Assembly (NCBI GenBank): GCA_002779395.1
Contig: PEWR01000061.1
Span: forward strand, 5,104 to 69,103
Source: Ignavibacteriales bacterium CG07_land_8_20_14_0_80_59_12
GTDB lineage: Bacteria > Bacteroidota > Ignavibacteria > 0-14-0-80-59-12
Direction: 5' to 3'
Length of the DNA stretch: 64,000 nucleotides
Shown here: positions 7,584 to 13,536 of the stretch, piece by piece
Position numbering within the stretch: the stretch's first letter is position 1
Layout of the letters: each line of letters opens with the position of its first letter
Program-made: the position numbers and the translations under genes
Notes under the pieces: generated by a model
Databases searched by the model: none
Told to the model about the DNA's origin: nothing
Seen by the model: the letters and a program-made list of their open reading frames with translations, nothing else

Positions 7584-9617
7584 TCACTTTGCCTCTGGCT
7601 TTGCTTGCATCTTCTCTTGCTCAGCTTTCATCTTCTCTTGCTCAGCTTTCATCTTCTCTTGCTCAGCCCTCATCTGCTCCTCCATCTCGTGGTTCTTCTC
7701 ATAGTCTATACCCAACGTCTCTGATACGCCGTATTCCTTTGGATGGATGTACTTCCCTCGCTCCGCACCGGTTTTCTCCACCTCAACTTGAGCGGGATGC
7801 GCTTTAACATACGGGTCGTTACGGATGCCTGTGACCTGCCAGGAGACTCTCACGTTCGGTTTGTCAGTCTTGATTGAGAAGCGGTTGTTGTGAATTTCTT
7901 CACTCACGATTGCCTGAGCAAACTGTCCGATGACCGTTAATTGGTAGCGAAAGTCGCGGTTGAGGGCTTCGAAGTAGTCGGGTAGGGTGACCGTTGCCTC
8001 ACCATTAGCATCAGTAACGACGTTACCATTGTAGATATTCAGCACCTCATCCGACTCCACACAGAAATGGGCCAGGTACTTATTTGCCGGGTCGAGCGGA
8101 TGATCAATTTTGAATGACTTGTAGCCACCGACGTAGAGATGTCCTACGATCACCACATCGCCTTCGAAGTGGCCAGCGGGGGAGCTGCCGCTGCTCCAGC
8201 CATACACGGCGATGCCGGTGGTACTGTAGCCATATACGCCGTAGGGGTTGCCGGAGCCCCACACGCCGCAGTCACTCATGCCAAGGTATCCGAAGTTGCC
8301 GCTACTGCTGTAGCCATACACGCCATAGTCCGCGCCGTCGCCATACACGCCGTAGGTGCCGTGTCCATACACGCCGTAGCTTTGGCCGCCAAGGTATCCA
8401 TAGCGACCGCTCCCGTCGTTGCAGCCATACACGCCATACTCCCCGGCCTTGCCATACACGCCAGTGCTCCTGAAGCTCGTACCTCTGCCATAGACGCCGT
8501 AGCCGCTGTTGCTTTCGCCATACACGCCGTTGCCGCTGTTGTTGTAGCCATGCACGCCGTCGTTGCTGGTGCTTTCGCCATAGACGCCGTAGCCGCTGCC
8601 GCTGTAGCCATAGACGCCGTAGCCGCTGTTGCTGTAGCCAAACACGCCATCGTTGCTGTTGCTTTCGCCATACACGCCGTAGCCGCTGCCGCTGTAGCCA
8701 AACACGCCTTCGCCGCTGCTGCCAAGCCATCCGTAGTTGCCGCTGGTGCTGTGTATGCCAGACACGCCGGAGACGTAACCGCCAAGGTATCCGTAGCTGT
8801 CGCTAGTGCTGTTGTAGCCTTTCACGCCGGCGCCGCTGCCGGAATTTGTAGCAAAGATAATTGAATTTGGAGAAGCAGAGCTGCCGCTGAGTGAAAGAGG
8901 AACCCTCACGTTCAACGTCACATCACCAGTCGTTCCTCCACCGGATAAGCCTGTACCGGCAGTGACCCCAGTGATGTCGCCGCCAGCTCCGCCTGGGGTT
9001 GTGGCAATGGTCAAGGTGTTACCCAACGGGGTGATGCTTACGTTGGACCCTGCCTGCAGCGTGACGTTGTCGTGCAAGCTGTTCAGGCTCTTGACCACCT
9101 CTCCAGAGGCAATCTTGGTGCTGTCCACAGCACCATCGGCAATCTTCGCTGAGGTAACTGCATTGTTGTTAATACTTGGATTTGGATATCTCCCTGTTAA
9201 ATCACCGCCAGCTGTAATACCATTGATGCTGTCTGTGTTTGCAGCACGGAAGCTGTAGCCAGAGCCTGTCAACTGCATTCTCGGCGTAAGTTCCGTACCA
9301 GCTCCAACTGTTACTTCAAGCCAGTACGGCTTGTTAAAGGGCAGGTTTAATGTATCTACGCTCCCTAAGTTCACGCTGAATATCCCTTTGCTGACTGCAA
9401 CTGATTGTACCTCTTGCCATAGCGGCGTACCGCCTGTGGTAACGTCGTAGAGCTTGAAGGTGAGGCTGTAGTTACCATCAGGTACAGCCGTGCCGCTGGC
9501 ATCTGTCAAGATCCCCTGGTAGCTGATCGTCTTGGGAATTTGTGCAAGGCTCAATGGTGCAAGAAGAAGCACCATCAGTGCGATGGACAAGAATGTCCAA
9601 CGTAGAGTTGTGTTCAT
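7584..9617 (-). CDS. Gly/Tyr-rich repeat fibre-like secreted protein (677 aa). It has a signal peptide, an N-terminal beta domain, GYGVYG decapeptide repeats, a conserved C-terminal domain and a heptad coiled-coil tail.
   Basis: AAGGAGG RBS. Signal peptide MNTTLRWTFLSIALMVLLLAPLSLAQ. N-terminal domain ISYQGILTDASGTAVPDGNYSLTFKLYD. Central region has ~15 copies of the GYGVYG core across residues ~260-470, of which 8 are regular 30-bp units. C-terminal domain KSFKIDHPLDPANKYLAHFCVESDEVLNIYNGNVVTDANGEATVTLPDYFEALNRDFRYQLTVIG. Tail MRAEQEKMKAEQEKMKAEQEKMQAKPEAK. There is no T9SS C-terminal domain. Confidence 0.85.
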   Translation of the reverse strand: MNTTLRWTFLSIALMVLLLAPLSLAQIPKTISYQGILTDASGTAVPDGNYSLTFKLYDVTTGGTPLWQEVQSVAVSKGIFSVNLGSVDTLNLPFNKPYWLEVTVGAGTELTPRMQLTGSGYSFRAANTDSINGITAGGDLTGRYPNPSINNNAVTSAKIADGAVDSTKIASGEVVKSLNSLHDNVTLQAGSNVSITPLGNTLTIATTPGGAGGDITGVTAGTGLSGGGTTGDVTLNVRVPLSLSGSSASPNSIIFATNSGSGAGVKGYNSTSDSYGYLGGYVSGVSGIHSTSGNYGWLGSSGEGVFGYSGSGYGVYGESNSNDGVFGYSNSGYGVYGYSGSGYGVYGESTSNDGVHGYNNSGNGVYGESNSGYGVYGRGTSFRSTGVYGKAGEYGVYGCNDGSGRYGYLGGQSYGVYGHGTYGVYGDGADYGVYGYSSSGNFGYLGMSDCGVWGSGNPYGVYGYSTTGIAVYGWSSGSSPAGHFEGDVVIVGHLYVGGYKSFKIDHPLDPANKYLAHFCVESDEVLNIYNGNVVTDANGEATVTLPDYFEALNRDFRYQLTVIGQFAQAIVSEEIHNNRFSIKTDKPNVRVSWQVTGIRNDPYVKAHPAQVEVEKTGAERGKYIHPKEYGVSETLGIDYEKNHEMEEQMRAEQEKMKAEQEKMKAEQEKMQAKPEAK
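7603..7686. repeat. 21-bp tandem repeat, about 3.5 copies, encoding AEQEKMK heptads at the C-terminus of the fibre protein
   Basis: gcttgcatcttctcttgctca / gctttcatcttctcttgctca (twice) / a degenerate 4th unit. The period of 21 bp equals 7 aa. Confidence 0.8.
8482..8751. repeat. 30-bp imperfect tandem repeat, 8 regular units from 8512 with a degenerate copy upstream, encoding (S/N)SGYGVYGES decapeptides inside the fibre gene
   Basis: Units such as GCCATAGACGCCGTAGCCGCTGTTGCTTTC recur with 2-6 substitutions each. Antisense ORFs in the track (8139..8864, 8276..8785, 8302..8730) are artefacts of this repeat. Confidence 0.8.
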
Positions 9618-9868
9618 GGTACTACCTCCTTGTTTTGTTTGTTATGATGGTTTGTTTCCTAACGTGCAAAAGACGTTGGGCTGTTGACTGTCCCGCTGAA
9701 AAGAACGGGATTTTTCAATCTGTGCACATCTATGTTTACCCCTTTCCTTGTAGGAGAGGGTAGGGTGAGGTCATGAAATGCCTGGCTCATTGCTGCAACT
9801 GTTTCCTTCTGCATCCGCTTATTTACTGTTATATATAGTAGGAATTTGCTTCAGCTGCAAAAGATAAT

Positions 9869-10430
9869 CTAGAAGTCCGGCCGAAAACCCGCATGTCGAC
9901 GGGAGTGTGGCATGAAGCTTGCGCCATTTCTTGAGCACACGTGATCTCGGAAGAAAAACAGGCGAATCCATGTTCAACCGGCGTGACGCTCAAGAGTCTC
10001 TTCTCAATTCTGACAGTCAGTTTCTCAAAACTGTGGGTCGAGACACGTTCTATGGATTTCTCTCTGAGCATCGGCACGGGATCTTCCGTGACGACGACTT
10101 CGGATTTCTCTACTGCCGGAACAACGGCCGCCCGTCGGTCCCGCCGAGCATCTTAGCTCTCTCACTTCTCCTGCAGATCTACAACAAGGTCTCGGACGAC
10201 GAGGCGGCGCGCCGTGCCCACTTCGATCTCCAGTGGCAGGTCGCGCTCGGGATCCCCGTCGGTTCGCAAACGTTCGTCAAGAGCACGTTGCAGATGTTCC
10301 CTTCGCAACTCATTCTCCATGAGACAGCGCGCGACATTTTCATGAAGTCGATTGGCAACCACCTAACTGTCCGGAAGGCTGTGACACGGTACAACGCCGA
10401 GAATGCTCTCCGCCTCACCGATCAGGCTGT
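9869..10430 (+). mobile_element. Truncated IS5/IS1182-family element (copy 2): left end plus the N-terminal ~150 codons of the transposase. The 3' boundary is approximate.
   Basis: The first 130 bp duplicate 6788..6917. The encoded N-terminus contains the InsH-type DUF772 motif FLYCRNNGRPSVPPSILALSLLLQIYNKVSDDEAARRAHFDLQWQVALGI. There is no DDE catalytic region. The ORF runs into the oppositely oriented gene at 10435. Confidence 0.6.
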
Positions 10431-10506
10431 TCTGTCATTTCACCAAGGTCATCTTCTGAATCTTCGAGAACGACCCTCCCGTTATCTGATAGAAGTAGAG
10501 ACCTGA
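9970..10506 (+). pseudogene. Transposase N-terminal fragment (IS5/IS1182 family), truncated
   Basis: The true start is most likely MFNRRDAQESLL at 9970; the track ORF 9919..10506 starts at an upstream in-frame codon. Only ~150-180 aa of the expected ~450 are present, and the tail is probably read-through into antisense of the neighbouring gene. Confidence 0.55.
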
Positions 10507-10740
10507 GGAAAACCCTGAGGCGTCGAACAGAACCGCATGCATCCCGGGCGAGAGCGTCTCATCCACCAGCTTGGTGATTTCCCGGCCCATCGAGTCGAAA
10601 ACCCTCAGCACGACGTGTTCTGACTGTGGCAATTCAAAGCTTATCATGGTGTTTGGATTGAAGGGATTTGGAGAGAGGTGAAGCTTGCCCCTGTTGCGCC
10701 CGAATCGGATGTACGGCAATGGCGGCAAAACAGAAGGCAA
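10435..10740 (-). pseudogene. Orphan T9SS C-terminal sorting domain, a remnant of a decayed secreted-protein gene
   Basis: The track ORF begins at a TTG. Only the last ~80 aa are domain-like (SPNPFNPNTMISFELPQSEHVVLRVFDSMGREITKLVDETLSPGMHAVLFDASGFSSGLYFYQI). An ATG-initiated signal-peptide ORF (MRILSGIAVAFCFAAIAV...) lies in another frame at 10723-10765. The upstream PQQ gene is in the third frame. Confidence 0.5.
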
Positions 10741-10787
10741 CCGCGATACCGGACAAGATTCTCATTGTTTCCCCCTTTCTTGTTTGT

Positions 10788-12041
10788 TCATTTGATCGCG
10801 TATACGTGGTGACCGGGATTGTTGGAGCTCACATATATTCTCCCGTTACCGCTGATTGCCGGCGGAGAATCGATATTGGGGATCCAACCGCCCAGACCTC
10901 CCGCGAGATACATCTGAAACTTCATCGTGCCATCTGGATTCAGAGCAATGAAGTTGGTTGAATCGGCTGGATTCCCGTATGGTCTGCGAGAGTGAGTGAG
11001 TCCAAAGTAGATTGTCCCATCCACGTCAATGGCTGGTATGCAGTCAGAAAGTGCAGGAAGTGGGTATTTCCACTTCAGTCTGCCTGCGTAGTCGATCGCA
11101 TACAAATCCAAACACGTGATAACATAGATCGTGCCGTCCCATCCGATGATGGGCCCGATGCCCAACCCTGTCCAGGGCACTCCAGGGAGTCGCCACCGCA
11201 GCACGCCCGATTGGTCGAACGAGCATAATTCATCCGCTCCGGCACAGAAGTAGACATTGCCGTCGTTGTCAACTGCAGGCGCCGATGGTACTTTTCTGCA
11301 AGTCAACCTCAAATGACCGCTCGTGTCCACAGCATAAAGCGCGTGGCCACCAGGGACATAGAGTAATGTGCCATCCGGGCTCATCGCCGGTGAGTATTGA
11401 ACGGAGTCACTGTCGGGCTTCCACTTCCAGTGTAGTGTCCCATCCCTTCGGATAGCGTATAGTGAACCTACCGCAAGATAGACTGTTCCCCCATCTTTCG
11501 AGATTACCGGCGAACTGAAGCTCGCATTCCCTACCACAGGGAATCTCCATTTCAGAAAACCACCACGGTCATAAGCAAACAGGTACCGTTGCCAGTTGTC
11601 ATAACCGTCCACGTGCACATTCCCATCAGCAGCGACCAACGCCGAGCCGTCTCCTGCAGTGGATTTGCTCCACTTTAACTGACCATCTGCTCCTATGGCG
11701 AGGAAATCCGGAGAAAAAGAACTGACGCGCACGTAGATTGTCCCGTTTTCATCAATCACCGGGGATGAGAATACCCCACCGCCAGCGAAAAACGTCCACT
11801 CGACTTTCCCCTCTTGCGGACCGCGGTACGGGCTCCTTCCGGTATGCTGCGCATCATGGAGGAACATTGGCCAGGGGGAATTGGCTAACCCCGGCCAGGA
11901 GATCTCATGTTGTTGCTTGGTTAGAAAATGCGCGGTGTCCGGCGGCGCAACTAGTTGGCTGTTCTTCCTACATGACGCGGAGAAGAGAGCGAAGGACAGG
12001 ATGAGAACTGATCCCACAAATGCTGCAAGTGCGCTTCGCAT
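10788..12041 (-). CDS. PQQ-like beta-propeller repeat lipoprotein (BamB-like fold)
   Basis: AGGAGG RBS. Lipoprotein signal LILSFALFSASC. Repeated xDGTIY(V/F) blades recur throughout (DENGTIYV, DGNVHV, DGGTVYLAV, DGTLLYV, DGNVYF, DGTIYV, NGRIYV). GC is about 52%. Confidence 0.8.
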   Translation of the reverse strand: MRSALAAFVGSVLILSFALFSASCRKNSQLVAPPDTAHFLTKQQHEISWPGLANSPWPMFLHDAQHTGRSPYRGPQEGKVEWTFFAGGGVFSSPVIDENGTIYVRVSSFSPDFLAIGADGQLKWSKSTAGDGSALVAADGNVHVDGYDNWQRYLFAYDRGGFLKWRFPVVGNASFSSPVISKDGGTVYLAVGSLYAIRRDGTLHWKWKPDSDSVQYSPAMSPDGTLLYVPGGHALYAVDTSGHLRLTCRKVPSAPAVDNDGNVYFCAGADELCSFDQSGVLRWRLPGVPWTGLGIGPIIGWDGTIYVITCLDLYAIDYAGRLKWKYPLPALSDCIPAIDVDGTIYFGLTHSRRPYGNPADSTNFIALNPDGTMKFQMYLAGGLGGWIPNIDSPPAISGNGRIYVSSNNPGHHVYAIK

Positions 12042-12501
12042 CTTTAACCTCCTGTATATCGTGACACTCTATTATCGGAGAGATGAGTATGCAAGCAGAA
12101 GCGTTCGCACCTCTCTCCCGAAAACGTCGAAGACCTTCAAGACGACCGGCTCCTTCACCGGGATCTTGAACTCGATCAGGGTCGATGCGCCCCGGAAGCT
12201 GGATCGGAGGATTCGGAGTGAGGTAGACGTAGTTGTCGTTCGGTTCATTCCGGTAAGCGTACCGGTATTCGAGCCGACCGCACGTTCGCCCGCGGAACGC
12301 GTTCATGTCGGAGATCGAGAACCTTGTCGCCAGGGTGTCGATGTTCAATCCACTCATGCTCCACTCCGCGGGCGAGGAGAAGTCCTGCATGAGATAGCTT
12401 CCAGCCGGTGCGACAACCTTCACGGTGGCGGTGTCCGATACGCCTCCGTAGCGGCACACAACGATTGCCTCGCCGCTCCGTTGCCCGCCGTGACGGGGAC
12501 C

Positions 12502-13344
12502 TCAGAACTTCAGGACCTCACGAATCCGCTTGAGAACCGGCTGGATTTCACGGTCCCAGAATTTCCAGTCGTGCCTTCCCGGCACCTCGCGATATTCGTA
12601 CCACGCCCCTGCGGCCCGGAGCGAATCCGCAAGTGCGCGGTTTCGCAGAAGAATGCTCTCCAGTCCATCCTGGATGCCGACGGCCATGTAAATGTACGGA
12701 AGTGTCCCGGGCTCTGCCTCCTTGTACACGGTAAACAGATCGTCGCCCGGCGGGAACGTACTTCGTTTCTCTCCGTACGCCTTCTCAAGGCTCGGCAGAA
12801 CCCACGAAAACGAGGGCTTCTTCTTGTACTCCTCGACGTCTCCAGGCATCGCGAGGACGCCGCTGAGACTCCCGGCAAAGCGGAACTTGTTTGGGTGCTT
12901 CATCGCGACGAGAAGTGAACCGTACCCTCCCATTGAGAGTCCAGCGATTGCCTGTCGAGCTGTGTCGACTGAGTATTTCTGCTGAATGAAGCGCAGAAGA
13001 TCGATCGCGATGTAGTCCTCATACCGCCCCCGGGGATCGGTCACAGAATTAACATACCACGAGTCGTCCGCATCCGGCATCACGACAATGAGAGGCAAGT
13101 CGGCGACATACTTCGAGATGGAAGTCCGCGTCGTCCAGTCAACAAAGCTCCCGGTGAGCCCATGAAGCAGGTAGAGCGAAGGGTACCGCTTTGAGGCGTC
13201 ATAACCCGAGGGGAGCAGGACTATCAGCTTCTTGACGCTGTCGAGGCTCGGGACGAAGAAGCTGTCGGTTACGGCGATCGTCTCTGCGAGCGCCGCGGCG
13301 GAGTTAAGGAGCAATACCGCGACAAGAGTGGCCCGTCTCTTCAT
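12502..13344 (-). CDS. Secreted esterase (Esterase D/enterochelin-esterase-like alpha/beta hydrolase)
   Basis: The start is placed at the internal ATG 13344 (MKRRATLVAVLLLNSAAALA signal peptide). The track ORF extends to 13491. GLSMGG nucleophile elbow and the LYLLHGLTGS motif are present. Confidence 0.85.
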   Translation of the reverse strand: MKRRATLVAVLLLNSAAALAETIAVTDSFFVPSLDSVKKLIVLLPSGYDASKRYPSLYLLHGLTGSFVDWTTRTSISKYVADLPLIVVMPDADDSWYVNSVTDPRGRYEDYIAIDLLRFIQQKYSVDTARQAIAGLSMGGYGSLLVAMKHPNKFRFAGSLSGVLAMPGDVEEYKKKPSFSWVLPSLEKAYGEKRSTFPPGDDLFTVYKEAEPGTLPYIYMAVGIQDGLESILLRNRALADSLRAAGAWYEYREVPGRHDWKFWDREIQPVLKRIREVLKF

Positions 13345-13536
13345 GTTGCATCCATCTTCATGTGAGCATTGTCCACGTGAACGCTGGTTCGAGAGGGATG
13401 TTGTAGCAGTGGGCCGTGTCCCAGAAACCGGGGTACTCGAGCCAGGCAGGAAATGGCGGCGTCCAGCTGAGCCGATTGCCGCCACCGACAAACCACTTCT
13501 CCTCGCGTGAGAGAAACCGAACGGGGTCTATTCGTC

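Noticed and set aside
8482-8751. Possible CRISPR array, suggested by regular ~30-bp periodicity
   Set aside because: The units are contiguous with no unique spacers. They encode an in-frame decapeptide repeat inside a 2-kb ORF, and no cas genes are present.
8114-8864. Long ORFs on both strands across 8.1-8.9 kb (8114..8473 +, 8139..8864 +, 8276..8785 -, 8302..8730 -) with low-complexity Ala/His/Val or Arg/Trp/Gln translations
   Set aside because: They are alternative frames and the antisense of the 30-bp Gly/Tyr repeat array inside the fibre gene. The low-complexity periodic translations are typical repeat artefacts. The fibre frame has the signal peptide, RBS and conserved terminal domains.
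9542-9763. 73-aa plus-strand ORF upstream of the fibre gene
   Set aside because: It lies in the AT-rich promoter region antisense to the fibre gene start and has no support.
10435-10740. Treating 10435..10740 as an intact 101-aa gene
   Set aside because: The track start is a TTG. The first ~25 residues (MPSVLPPLPYIRFGRNRGK) have no signal-peptide character, whereas a proper ATG-initiated signal peptide lies in another frame. It is better explained as a frameshifted remnant.
11968-12459. 163-aa minus-strand ORF between the esterase and the PQQ gene
   Set aside because: It overlaps the strongly supported start and RBS of the PQQ gene by 74 nt and has only a GTG start with no RBS. It is kept only as the 'in-frame after TGA' observation.
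11881-12918. 345-aa plus-strand ORF
   Set aside because: It spans the PQQ gene start, an intergenic region and the esterase 3' end in antisense. There is no RBS and no domain signal.
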